Assembly: GCA_963575745.1 (NCBI GenBank)
Contig: CAUYUJ010000271.1
Span: 1-64,000 of the forward strand
Origin: Prorocentrum cordatum
Taxonomy: Eukaryota
DNA length: 64,000 nucleotides
Direction of reading: 5' to 3'
Position numbers and translations under genes: made by a program. Every line of letters begins with the position of its first letter. The stretch's first letter is position 1. Below are positions 1 through 11,949 of the stretch, one piece after another. The notes under the pieces were generated by a model. That model saw only the letters and a program-made list of their open reading frames with translations. It searched no databases and was not told the origin of the DNA.

Positions 1-8
1 TACTACCC

Positions 9-75
<67 letters not shown>

Positions 76-105
76 GACTACGACTACGACTACTACTACT
101 ACTAC

Positions 106-172
<67 letters not shown>

Positions 173-240
173 CACTACTACCACTGCTACCACCACCACC
201 ACCACCACCACCGCCACCGCCACAACTGCTACCACTATAA
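1..240. repeat. (ACT)n microsatellite grading into (ACC)n
   Basis: Visible tactactac... tract. Confidence 0.95.
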
Positions 241-323
241 ACGCTACCGCTGCCGCCGCCGCTGCCACTGCCACCGCCACCGCCGCTGCAGCAGGGGGTG
301 GGGGGGGGTTTTCGCCGCTCGAC

Positions 324-767
324 CTAGTCGGAGTCGCTGCCCAGGACGTCCGACTCCGAGGCCTGCGCCTGGGCCCTCTCGGCCTTCCTCCCCCCGGGGC
401 GCGAAATGTCGGGGGCGCGCAGGGCCGGGCGCGACGGACAGAATGCGACCCCCCTTTCCCAGCCCCCCCCCAAAAAAAAAAAAAAAAAGGACTGACAAAC
501 GAACAAACAAACAAACAAAAACAATTCTGATTGGGGCGTTCGTCCTGTCCGCGGTGTCCCCCCCGTCGGCCCCCCCTTTCGCGCCTCCGATGCTCCTGGC
601 GCCGCTGGTACTCCGCGCTGCCCCTGCCGCGGGGGGCGCGGCGCGGCCGTTTCCACGGCCGCTGGGGCGCCCGAAAGCGGGGCGGGCGCGCGCGCGCACG
701 CACGCGCGCACACGCACACACACGCGCACGCACGCGCACGCACGCGCACACACGCGCACGCACACGC

Positions 768-804
<37 letters not shown>

Positions 805-1463
805 CACGCGCGCACGCGCGCACACGCGCACGCGCACACGCGCACGCGCACGCGTACACACACACACACACACGCACGCACGCACGCACGTGCGCACGCG
901 CGCGCACGCGCACGCACGACGCGCACGCCGACACGCACACAGCGCGCACGCACGCGCACACCAAACACAGCACGCCCAACACGCGCACACTCGCCACGCA
1001 CACACACACACACACACACACGCCATCGCGGAACGCACACACCGCACACGCACACGCACAGCACACACACAACACACGCACACACACACACACACACGCA
1101 CACGCACACGAACGCACGCACACACACAACACACACACACACGCACGCGCACAACGCACACACACACACACACGCACACACAACACACACACGCACACAC
1201 ACACCACGCGCACAACACACGCAACGCACACAAACGCACACAACACACCGCACGCACAACACACACACACGCACCACACACACACGCACGCACTCACACA
1301 CGCACACACACGCACACACCCACACACGCACCACACACACACACACGCACACACAACACACACACAACACACACGCAACGCGCACACACCACACACACAC
1401 AAACACACACACACCCACGCACACACACACACACGCAAACACACACGCACACACACACACCCG

Positions 1464-1505
<42 letters not shown>

Positions 1506-2128
1506 CACACACACACACACGCGCACACACACACGCACACACACGCACACACGCGCGCACGCGCGCGCTCGCACGGCGCCCCCCCGTTCCGGGCGCCCCG
1601 ATGTGGCGGCGGCGGCGGCTCCCCGCAGCCCTCGCACTTCACGGAGAAGTGCGAGCCGCACGCGCAGCGGACGGCGCCGCTGGCGCACGTCTCGCGCGCC
1701 CGCCGCACGGCCAGCTCGCCTCGGCGCGGCGCCCGCGCCGCCGCCCACGCCTGCTCCGCCGCGGGCGCGGCAGCCTCCAGGGCCGCGACCGCCGCCTCGG
1801 CCCCCCCGGCCCTCTTGGCAGCTCTTAGCCGCGCCGCTGCGGTCCTCCGTGCGGCCTTCAGCAGCGCCTCCGCCGAGGCCGCGCCGTCGGCGTCGGAGGC
1901 CGCAGCGGCGGCGGCCGCAGGGGGGGCGGCCCCGGCGGCGCCCTCGGCGGCGCCTTCGGCGGCGCCCGCGGGCGCGGCCCCGTCGGCGGGCTCAGCGCCC
2001 GCGGCGCCCGCGCTAGCCCGCTCGGCGCGATAGAGGGCGAGCTCCGCGGCGAGCTCGCCCTCTATCTCCCCCAGGCGCCCCAGCAGCGCCGCGCGCTCCT
2101 CGCGCAGCGCGCCCACGCGCTTCGCGGC
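324..2128 (-). CDS. 3' exons of an unknown spliced gene (predicted 2128-1619, 661-596, 383-324); Ala-rich coiled-coil plus Cys cluster
   Basis: Reads AAKRVGALREERAALLGRLGEIEGELAAELALYRAE...CACGSHFSVKCEGCGE / RPWKRPRRAPRGRGSAEYQRRQ / AERAQAQASESDVLGSDSD*. AG precedes each exon, GA donor at 595, exon lengths are multiples of 3. The donor after 1619 is uncertain. Confidence 0.55.
690..1570. repeat. (CA)n/(CGCA)n compound microsatellite (intronic)
   Basis: Visible tract. Confidence 0.95.
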
Positions 2129-2339
2129 CTCCCAGGGGGGGCGCAACGGCGCACACCAGAAACATAACACAAGATGTGCTCCGAAACTAAGCGAAACGAA
2201 ACTAACTAAACTAAACTCGTGCTCCCACTGCGGCGCGGGCCTCATTTTCGGATCGGTGTTTGGCCTCCGTCGTTCAGGATGGCGCTCTCGCCCCAGCGCG
2301 GGCCCCTTTCTCCCGCGCCCATCCGCCCGCCACCACCGC

Positions 2340-2746
2340 GCCGCACCACCGCCACCACCACCACCACCACCACCACCACCACCACCACCACCATCACAAC
2401 CACCACCAGCACCAGCACCACCACCACCACCACCACCAGCACGAGCACGAGCACCAGCACCAGCACCAGCACCAGCACCAGCACCACCACAACCACGCAC
2501 ACACGCACGCCCGCACGCACGCACGTGCACCACCACCCACCACGCACGCGCGCGCGGAGCCACAGGTCCGCTACGACACGCGTCCGCGGATAGAGAAAAT
2601 CAACGCCATGGTAAGGGATGGGAGGGAAGGGTAGGACGTCAGATATGACGCGAGCCCACCTAGCTTGTCCCCCTCCCCCTCCTCCTCCTCCTCCGCCTCC
2701 TCCTCCCCCTCCGCCTCCTGCTTCCTCCTTTTCCTCGCATTCATAT

Positions 2747-2786
<40 letters not shown>

Positions 2787-3155
2787 CCTCCTCCTCCTCC
2801 TCCGCCTCCTCCTCCTCCTCCTGCTCCGAATACCATCTTCCTCCTCTACCTCTCGCTCCTCCACCGCCTCTTCCTCCTCGCCCTCCTCCTCCTCCTGCTC
2901 CGCCTCCCGTTTCCCCCCTTTCCTCCTGTTCCCCTTCCTTTTCCTCATCCTTTTCCTGCTCCTCCTCCTCCTCCTCCACCTCCTCCTTTTCCTCCGCCTC
3001 CTCATCGTCATCCTCCTCCTCCTCCTCCTTGGCCTCCTCCTCATCGTCATCCTCCTCCTCCTCCTTTGCCTCCTGCTTCCCCCGTTCCTCGCATTCCTCT
3101 TCCTCCTCCTCCTCCTCCTCCTCCTCCTCCTCCTCCTCCTCCTCATCCCCCTCCT
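2340..3155. repeat. (ACC)n and (CCT)n microsatellites
   Basis: Tracts at ~2340-2500 and ~2670-3155. Confidence 0.9.
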
Positions 3156-4189
3156 CACGCGCAACGATGCTGAGCGGAACCCCTCTGTGGCTTCCAGAAA
3201 AGCCTGGGCGACCGAGAAGGGCCAGAGGAACAACCGCGGAAGGACGACTGGAACATCGAGCCCCTTCCGAATCCAACGCGTTCCTCATTTCAGCGTCTAG
3301 GCTGCGCGCACCCCTCAAGTAAAAATGCCGATTCACTGCGCGGCCCCGCCGATGCACGGCCCGGCGCGCCCCGGGAAAGGCTTGACAGCGCGCAAAAAAA
3401 AAAGAGTTACCCCCACGCTGTCGTCTCCGCTTCCCCCCCCCCGCCCCCCGTCTGCGCGGAGCCCAGTGGGGCGCCCTGCACGTTGCCAAGTAACGCCTTC
3501 TGGAATGAGCCCTGACATGTTTTCTTTGCTGGAAAGAACCCAGCGGGGGCTCCTGCAAGGGGCCAGCCCAATAGGGCCACCTGCGAGTGGAGCCCGTCTA
3601 TGCCTTCTGCGTGGACCCCGCCAAGGCCCGTGGATGGGGCCGACCATGGCCTCGTGCGAGGAGCCCAGGAAAGCCTGCTGCAAGGGGCCAAGGACGCCCC
3701 GTGCACAGCATGCCTCAAGGTCCTTGAAGGCTCCGAGGGTTCTAGCAACTTCGGCCCTAGATTCTTTGGGAAGCCGCGGGGGCAGCGAGGCCCTGGCGCC
3801 TGGGGCCCTGGGGGCCGTGGGAGCGCCCAGGCGCCCCGAGCCCTGGAAGACCCTGGCCTCTAGAGGGACATCGCGCGGGCCCGGGGGGCCGCGGGCCCGC
3901 GGGCGCCCGAGCCCGCGGGAGGAAAGGCGCGGGGCACATTTTTGGGGGAAAGGCGGGGGGCGCGCGGGCGAGCCAAGCAGCCAGGCTGCGCGGCCCTTCA
4001 CTGGGGCGGCATCGGGAAAAATGGCGCAGGGAGGGGGGCGGCCGCGTGCCTGGGGCAGGCGCCTGCCTGCCCCGTTCGACCCGAGCGGGGCGGGGCTTCG
4101 CCGCTGGGGCGCGCCTGGGGCAGGCACCTGCCTGCCCCGCCCCGTCCGCGCAAGGGGAACTTGCGGCCGCGAAGAAGGGGATAGAGGGG

Positions 4190-4203
4190 GATAGAGAGAG
4201 AGA

Positions 4204-4287
<84 letters not shown>

Positions 4288-4406
4288 AAGAAAAAGAGAA
4301 AGAGAAAGAGAAAGAGAAAGAGAAAGAGAAAGAGAAATATAAAGAGAAATAGAAATAGAAATAGAAAGAGAAAGAGAAAGAGAAAAAGAGAGAGAGAGAG
4401 AGAGAA

Positions 4407-4447
<41 letters not shown>

Positions 4448-4668
4448 GAGAGAAAGAGAGAAAGAGAGAAAGAGAGAAAGAGAGTAAGAGAGTAAGAGAG
4501 AAAGAGAGAAAGAGAGTAAGAGAGAAAGAGAGAAAGAGAGAAAGAGAGAAAGAGAGAAAGAGAGAAAGAGAGAAAGAGAGAAAGAGAGAAAGAGAGAAAG
4601 AGAGAAAGAGAGAAAGAGAGAGAGAAAGAGAAAGAGAAAGAGAAAGAGAAAGAGAAAGAGAAAGAGAA

Positions 4669-4702
<34 letters not shown>
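4190..4702. repeat. (AG)n/(AGAGAAAG)n polypurine tract
   Basis: Visible tract. Confidence 0.95.
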
Positions 4703-5363
4703 GGCAATAACACAACAGCAGTACCAGCGCAGGGCCTGCCAGCTTGAACGTGCAAACGGGGGCACGAATAGAGACGTCACCTGTGCCTGCAGAGGCCCCC
4801 CCGGATTTACAGACAAGGAAAAAACATACCGGGGCTGCAGACACGCCCCCGTCGCCTCGCCGCAGAGAAACGCTCTGCGCTCGGCCGAATTGGGGAGAAG
4901 GACTGGAGGCTCTCCAGGGGCGAGGGATAATGGTGAGAGGTGGGGGCATTGAGCGCTTCACGGGCTTCCGATAGAAGGGGGAGAGAGAAGGGGTGGAGAC
5001 ACCGAACGCTCCGTGTGCTACCCCGCTCGTCCTTAGGCAGGGCCCAAAGCTACTTGATCCTGCGCATCACAGCTTCATGTCGGCCCCCTTACTTCCCCTC
5101 CTCCTGCGATCCCCGACCCCGATCACTGGCTTTGGACCCACCGAGCATCTGGCAGACGCCGGCATTGCTGTCGACGCCCGCGCTCGTATCCTAAAGCTTC
5201 GCGACGCTCCAAAGCGCGTCATCCCCCTTCGGGGGCTGGTGCATATTGTTTATATGTTTTAGATTATTATGGCCGGCTCGTGAAACAGTGAAACAAGGGA
5301 CAGCGAGAAGCGATGGTGAAAAAAGGGCCAGGTGGCCAGGCGCACAAAGGACGAAAGTCTAGC

Positions 5364-8357
5364 TCAAGCGAACGCCCCGCCACTCGGGGGGGACGTTGCC
5401 GCCGAGCACGGCCAGGTCTCCGCGCTGCCACGGCGGGTGTCTGGGCTGCGGGGGGGCCGCCGGGGCGGGCGGCTCCGGCGCGCGCTGGGCCCGCTCCTCC
5501 ACGACGAGGTGATGGAAGCGCGACCGCGCGTTCCACATTGGGTCCCGTCGCGGGTCGGGGGCGCCAGGCGGCAGACCCAGGCGCTGGCCTGGGGCGGCGC
5601 GCAGCGCGCCGAGCGCCGAAGCCGCCGGAAGGGGGGCGGGGCTTCGGGGGGCGGCGCAGGGGCCGGCCGCCGCCGCTTCGCGGCGGACGCGCTGGCTGCC
5701 GTCCTGGCCTTCGTCCGCGCGCGCGCGCGGCGGGCGGCGCGCTCGGCCGCCAGGGCGAGCAGCCTGTCCCGCCGGGCGTAGCCGTCGCCCGCGGGGGCCC
5801 CTGGTGGGGCTGGGCCCACCAGCGCGAGGTCGGCCTGGCGCCTCCGCCGCAGCTCCCGCAGCGTCTCGCCCAGGTAGCTGAGCAGGCTGGCGGAGGGCCC
5901 GGCCAGGTAGGCCCACTGGTGGACGAGGACCGCCTGGAACACCGCATCCGCCAGGGACGTGTTCACGCCCCTGTGGGAACCGCCCCGACGGAGGTTGCGC
6001 CAGTGCCCGTCGACGGTTTGGGTGCCCCCCTTCCGCCACGTCCACTCGCCCAGCTGCCCGTCGGGGCCGCCCCACTGGCCCGCGCGCGGGTCCGCCTGCG
6101 CCACCGCCGCCGAGTCCTCGGGGTGGACGTGCACCAGCCGCATGGCCACGAACTCGCGCTCCACGCGGCCAGCCAGCTTCCGCGAGTGGCACACCGAGGT
6201 GTGGCACAGGCGCAAGTGGCGGTACTGGGCCGCCCACTCCTCCGAGCGGTCGCGCCAGCCCCGTCTCTCGGCGGCGCACCCGGCCAGGCACTCGCGAAAA
6301 GTTTCGCGGCGCCACACGCCTGGCCACAGGATGCTGGCGGTCACCGCGTCCTCCGCGGAAGGGGCTGGCGGGGCGTCGTGCGCCTCCCGCCAGTCCAAGC
6401 TCCGGTACGCCCTGGCGTCGTCCGTGTGGACGATCGCCCCGGGGCGGAGCAGGGGCGGGGCGTCCGTGCCGGGGCGGAGGATGAACTCGCGGATCTCCTC
6501 GTGGGACAGGGCGCCGCCGCCGCCCTGGCCCTGCCCCGAGGCGAACCGCGGGGGCAGCGCCTGGAGCACCAGCGGGCCCCCGTGGCGCTCGTGGGCCGCG
6601 ATGTACCTGTGCCACTCGCGGCCCCAGGCGCCGCCATCGCCCAACGCCCACCGCGCGCGGAAGCAGATCTCGTCGATCTCGACCTCCACACCAGGCCCCC
6701 CGAGCTACACGGTGCCGTTGCGCCAGGACTGGAAGTCGGCCACGGTGCACCGGGCGTCCTTGAGCCAGCCCGAGACGAGGCGCTTGTGGTCGAGCCAGCA
6801 ATCCAGCGCCAGCTCCTCGCTCGAGGGCTCCAAGCTCTTCGCCCACCGGCAAAGAAGCCCGGCATTCTGGCGCAGGGAATATTTCCCGCACCAGATCTCG
6901 GCGTCGAGCCCGACGGCGCGGGTGCCCTGGCACCGCCCGCACCGGTAGGTCGCCGTTTCGTGGCGCACGCGAACCTCCCGGCCCCCGATGTTCACGGCCT
7001 GCGGCCCTGCGCCGCGCCCCGCCCCCCGCGGGGCCTCAGCGCGGGCCGCGCGCGTGCCCGCCCGGACGCGCACGTCCTGCTGCGCCCCCGGCGCGCCGCA
7101 GTCGGGCGCGTCGCAGGCGGCCTTCTCGGGGAGGATGCCGCAGTCCTCCAGGACCTCCACGACGTTGCGGCCCTCCATGTCGGAAAGGACCTGCAGGCAC
7201 AAAGCCCGGGCGCGCAGCCCCGAACGCGCCAGGTGGCGATGGCGCACGCGCCCCTCGGCCGCCGGCCCGCCGTACGGCACCTTGTCCGCGTGCGGGCGGA
7301 TGAGCCGGCGGGGCTCGATGGACGCGCGGGCGGCCTCCACCGCCGCCCGGTGCTCGTCGGGCACGGCATCGGCCGGCTTGTCGAGCAGCGCGACCACCTC
7401 CAGGGGGATGGCATCGTCGGGGTGGACTTCGCCTTGGCCCTCGTCCAGCCCCTCGGCCTCCTCCCCCACGAGCGCTGCCCGCCGCTTCTGGGCCCCCCTC
7501 CAGCCGCCCTGGCCGCTGTGGCGGGGCAAGGCGGCGGCGGCCTCGCCCCACGCGGCAGCAATGTCGGCCAGGGCGTCGTCGCCGCTGTCCTCGTCGAGGC
7601 CGCCCGCCGGCCCCCCCGCCGCCGCCGCCTCGCGAGCGGACGGCCCGATCTCGAGGACGTCGTCCTCGCGACTGGCGCCTGTGCGCGCCGGCCGGTCCAG
7701 CGGCCTCCGCCCGCTCATGGCCCCGCGGGCTCGGCCCTTCTCGGCGGCGGCGAGGCCCCGGCGGAGGCGGCGCCGATGCGGCGGGGTTGCGGCCGCGGCG
7801 CCAGCCTTGGCCCTGGCTCTGGCCTTTGCCTCGGCCTTCGCCTTGGCCGTGGCCTTCGGCGCCGCCGCGCTCGGCGCCGCGCCCGGGCCGTCCGCGCCCA
7901 GGTCGTCTGCGGGGCTGAAGTCGCCGAAGACGTCGGCCATCGGATCGACCTCTGCCACGGCGGCGGCCGCCGCCGCCACGTCCACGGCCGACGGCCGGCC
8001 CTCCAGGCCATCCGCCGCCCCATCCTCCGTGGTTGCCTGTGGCGCGGGGTCGTCGGCCATGTCGACGGCCTCCCGCACCGCCAGCGGCAGCGGCAGGCTG
8101 TCGCTGTCGCTGGCCGCGGGCGCGGCGCCGGGCGGCGCGGCGGCAAAGTCCACGGCGGCAGCCGCGCAGCCGCGGTACATCAGCGCCCCGCAGGGCTCGC
8201 AGTGCTGCAGCCAGCCGCCCCTGGCCCTCTCGTGGCACTTGCCGCAGGCCTCCCTGGAAGAGGTCCGCACCGCGCGGAGCGGGCGCTGGCATGCTGGGCA
8301 GGCCAGCGAAGCCCCCGAGGCCGCTGGGCTCCCCCGGCCGCACTGATGCCCAGACAT
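5364..8357 (-). pseudogene. Merlin (IS1595/ISXO2-like) DDE transposase, intronless, one in-frame TAG at 6707-6705
   Basis: Track ORFs 6705..8546 and 5364..6689 are one frame: NGTV*LGGPGVEVEIDEICF. Motifs GGPGxxVEIDE, IVHTDDARAYRSL, HTSVCHS, GTQTVDGHWRNL. Upstream CDAPDC...YRCGRC Zn ribbon and an N-terminal Cys cluster (CPAC, CGKC, CEPC). First ATG at 8357. Confidence 0.88.
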
Positions 8358-8426
8358 GAGGCCCAGGATAGCAGCGCGCGAGGTCACCGAGAGCGCGAGC
8401 GGGGAGACGACCCCCGCCGCGCGAGC

Positions 8427-8448
8427 CCGGAGCCAAGATGGGCACGGA
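8427..8448 (-). other. Relict dinoflagellate spliced leader
   Basis: Minus strand TCCGTGCCCATCTTGGCTCCGG vs DinoSL DCCGTAGCCATTTTGGCTCAAG: 17/22 ungapped, sense to the transposase, 69 nt before its ATG. Confidence 0.7.
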
Positions 8449-8924
8449 AAAGCGATGGTGATGGCGATCGCCAAGTCGGCTGCGCAGTGCAAAGCAATGC
8501 CAACAACCCCGAGCAATGCTACGCAATGCAGAGCAATCAAACGCAATCACGAACACAGAGGCGCAAAACAGGCGCCTCGCAGCAGCGCGACGACACGCAA
8601 GGCGGCGCAGTCAAGTGAGTCCGAACGCGCGGGCGCGAGGGGCGCTTATTCTGGGGGAATCTAAGGCCCGCGCATGCCCCCAGCCTGGGCCTCTGCGCAG
8701 TTTTGGCCACGGCCTCGGGCCCGCGCAGAAGTCGAGAAGCCAGGCCTCGGACGGGGGCCCAGGTGCGGGCTCAGAGCTAGTAGGACGCCTGCGCGGTAGA
8801 CGGCGGCGGGCCTGGGGCAGGCCTGGGCAAGGGGCAAGCCAAAGGGCAGGCCCACGGGGGCCCACTGGCAAGGCCACGGTAGGCTTGGACGGGAAAGCCC
8901 TGCTGCAGGCCCCTGGGTGAGCCT

Positions 8925-8973
8925 AGAAGTAGTAGCAGTAGTAGCAGTAGTAGTGGTAGTGGTGCTAGTAGTT

Positions 8974-9040
<67 letters not shown>

Positions 9041-9086
9041 TAGTAGTAGCAATAGTAGTAGTAGTAGTAGTAGTAGTAGTAGCTGC

Positions 9087-9133
<47 letters not shown>

Positions 9134-9167
9134 CAGTAGTAGTAGTAGTTGTAGTAGTAGTAGTGGC

Positions 9168-9205
<38 letters not shown>

Positions 9206-9490
9206 CGGTAGTAGTAGCAGTAGAAGTACTAGTAGTAGTGGCGGCAGTGGTGGTAGAAGTAGTAGTGGTGGTAGTGGCAGGAGTAGTAGAAGTAGTAGTG
9301 GTAGTAGTGGCAGTAGTGGCGGCGGTGGTAGTAGTAGTAGTGGTGGCAGTGGCGGCGCAGTGGCAGTGGTAGTAGTAGTAGCAGCAGTCGCAGTGGTAGT
9401 AGTAGTGGCAGTAGTCGCAACAGCGGCGGCGGCAGTGTTAGTAGTGGTAGCGGGGGTGGCAGCCGCGGCATCAGTAGTAGCAGTAACAGC
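8925..9490. repeat. (GTA)n microsatellite degenerating to GTG/GCA
   Basis: Visible tract. Confidence 0.95.
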
Positions 9491-9953
9491 GGTCGTGGAA
9501 GCAGCAGGGGCGGCCGCTGCAGTGGCAAAAAGCGGCAGCGGAGGCGGACCTTGGTCAGAGTGGCGGTGGCGGCGGCGGTGGTCGTGCTCGCGGTGGCGGC
9601 GGTGGTGGCAGTGGCATGGCGCATTCGTGGATGCACTGGCGGTCGCAGCGGCAGCGGCGGCGGCAGCTGTGGGCCTGCGAGCCCTCGCGCAGCCCCAGGC
9701 GGGGGGCGCCCGCAGCAGCGGTACCCCCAGCAGCGCTGCCCCCAGCCATCCCGGGCTGGCTCGCGCGGGCGCGCCTTCTGTGGAGGCAGGGGTCGCCTCC
9801 ACGGGGGCCAGGGCCACAAAATGCAAGATATCGACGGGGCGATATAATCTTCTGGACTGTATGGCCTGACCGATAAGGCGTTAGGACAGAATCTGCACTT
9901 CACAGGATCAAATCCCAGGAGTACTTCACGCAGGTCTCAGTTGAAAAAACATT

Positions 9954-10200
9954 GAGCTAATCTCCTTGAAAAACTGCGGGCATTTTTTTGTCAGCCCGCA
10001 CTTCGAAGGAGGGCGGGCATTTTTTTTCCGGCCCGCAGAGCTAATCTCGTTGAAAAACTGCGGGCAGTTTTTTTCCTGCCCGCATTTCGATTGCCCAGAG
10101 GTGGCAGGGGGGCGCGGGCACTTTTTTTCCAGCCCACAGAGCTAAACTCCTTGAAAACTGCGGGCATTTTTTTTCGCGCCCGCAGTTCGATTGCCCTGAG
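9954..10200. repeat. Three tandem units with GCGGGC-T-run-GCCCGC hairpins
   Basis: gagctaa(t/a)ctc(c/g)ttgaaaa(a)ctgcgggca at 9954, 10038, 10139. Confidence 0.85.
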
Positions 10201-10389
10201 GGGATTGGGGCGTCTGCGCCCCTGTGGCCTCCATAGAGCCAGGGCCTTGGCGGATTTGCGGCTTGCGAGGAGGCCCTGGGGCGATGGCGCCAGGGCGCTT
10301 AGGGCCTCATGGCCTTCACTCCTGGGAATTTGCCGGGAGCCTGTTTCTCGGAATCTGCTGGTAATGTAATGAAATGACACAATTCAGTG

Positions 10390-10536
10390 GAATGGAGCAG
10401 GCGAAATATGCCCAACCCTCCCTGATAAAATAGTGGTAATGTAGTGAAATGGGGCATCCTCATTCTCACAATCTGACCTTCTTGGGTTCAATTCCTGGCG
10501 GGGCCTGAGCAGCTTGCTTGGGAGGAAGTGTTCTAG
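10390..10536 (+). other. tRNA-like repeat (Pol III A/B box), copy 1
   Basis: TAGTGAAATGG at 10442-10452 and GGTTCAATTCC at 10485-10495; no complete cloverleaf; homologous copy near 11.3 kb. Confidence 0.45.
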
Positions 10537-11303
10537 TATTGCCATTGTCATTGCAGGGGAAATCACTGTAGAAAGGATTATGTGCAAGTAAGGCCGTTTA
10601 CATGTGTTTAGAGCTTTGCATACTGAGGAATTCTGAAATTTAGAATTGCCTTCGCCCCCATTGCGAAAGCCACCGCCACTGCTGCCGCCGCGGCCGCCAA
10701 CCCTGCCGCTGCCTCTGGTATTGCCAACCAGGCCCACCACCGCCGCCGCTGCTGCGCCGAAAGCCACCACCCCCGCCGCACCCCCCCCCAGCGCGACCCA
10801 GCCACCCACCGCCACTATCCAGCAAGCAAGCAAACGCGCCTGCCCCAGGCACGCCGCAGCCAATACCATCACCGCGGCCACCGCCCCCCCCCGCCCCCCG
10901 CCCAGCATTGCCCCACCACTATCGTTGTCCCCGTCGCTGCTGTTGCCGCCCCCACCAAAGGCACCGCCGCCCACACCACGCTCACTCCCACTGCCACTGG
11001 CTGCCCAGCCGCCACCGCCCCGGCCGCTGCTTGCTTGACGCACCCAACGCCGCGGCTGCCAAGACCTTTTCAGCCCCCACAGCGGCCGCGCTCGCCGCCG
11101 CCGCTGTTGTCGCCACTGCCACCGCCCATGCAAAGTCACTACCAACACTACGACGACCACAGCCGCCGCCCCCCCCCCACTTCCCCCCCTCACGGTTGCG
11201 CTCACCGCTGCCGCCGCACTGCCACCGCTACCCCCGCCACCACCACCACCACAACGACGACGACGACCACCACCACCACTACTAGAATAGGGGACGTGCC
11301 ATA

Positions 11304-11446
11304 GAATAGGGCAACGATATGCCCTCCTTCCTGTGCATGTGCTGGAATTGTAGTAAAATGGGGAACACCCCTTCCCACAATCTGACTTTCTTGGGTTCAA
11401 TTCCTAATGGTGCCTTTGGGGCCTGCTTGGGGGTAGGGTTTCCAGC
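11304..11446 (+). other. tRNA-like repeat (Pol III A/B box), copy 2
   Basis: TAGTAAAATGG...cacaatctgactttcttGGGTTCAATTCC, colinear with copy 1 including flanks. Confidence 0.45.
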
Positions 11447-11949
11447 GAGCTGCGGATTGCCCGTGCACCTCCCGCCCCCTGGGGGAAACCGGAGCTTCGT
11501 GGGGGCTGGGCTGGCTCTGGTGGGGCGGGGCCTGCAGGGGCTGGGCGCGGCCCTGAGGCAGCTGCGGGGCCAGCCACGCATCTGGAAGCGGAAGCGGGGG
11601 CAACGCAAACAAAAGACAAAAAAACATCGAACAGCCGGGCTTGTAAGACCACGCCCGGCTATAATTTGCCCTGGCTCTTGCACGAAGGAGCTGCGAAGGA
11701 CAGGAGGCCTCCGCTTTCGTCTTTCAAGAGGACTTTGCGAAGAACCAGAAAGAAAGTGGAGGAGGAGGACGAGGACGACGACGACGACGAGGACAACAAC
11801 GACGAAGACGACGACCACGACAGTCGTCGGCGGCGCCACGCCGCGCAGCTCTCCGCCCGCGGTCGCCCGGCGGCGCCGCCGCGGGGGGGGAGAGCAGTCC
11901 GGGGAGGCTCGGGAGAGGGGAGGTCACGGCCCAGGGGAGCCAGAGGGGG

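Noticed and set aside
244..4961. Long ORFs of CV, HT, SL and poly-L/E/P repeats (also at 8.8-9.9, 50.5-52.4 and 57.6-59.7 kb)
   Set aside because: Translations of stop-free microsatellites.
5313..8618. 1101-aa plus-strand ORF
   Set aside because: Antisense shadow of the GC-rich transposase gene; no recognisable motifs.
5259..8664. TTAGATT/AATCTAA as Merlin TIRs
   Set aside because: Only 7 bp, no TSD and not Merlin-like.
10436..10506. Functional tRNA gene
   Set aside because: Acceptor and anticodon stems do not pair; kept only as tRNA-like.
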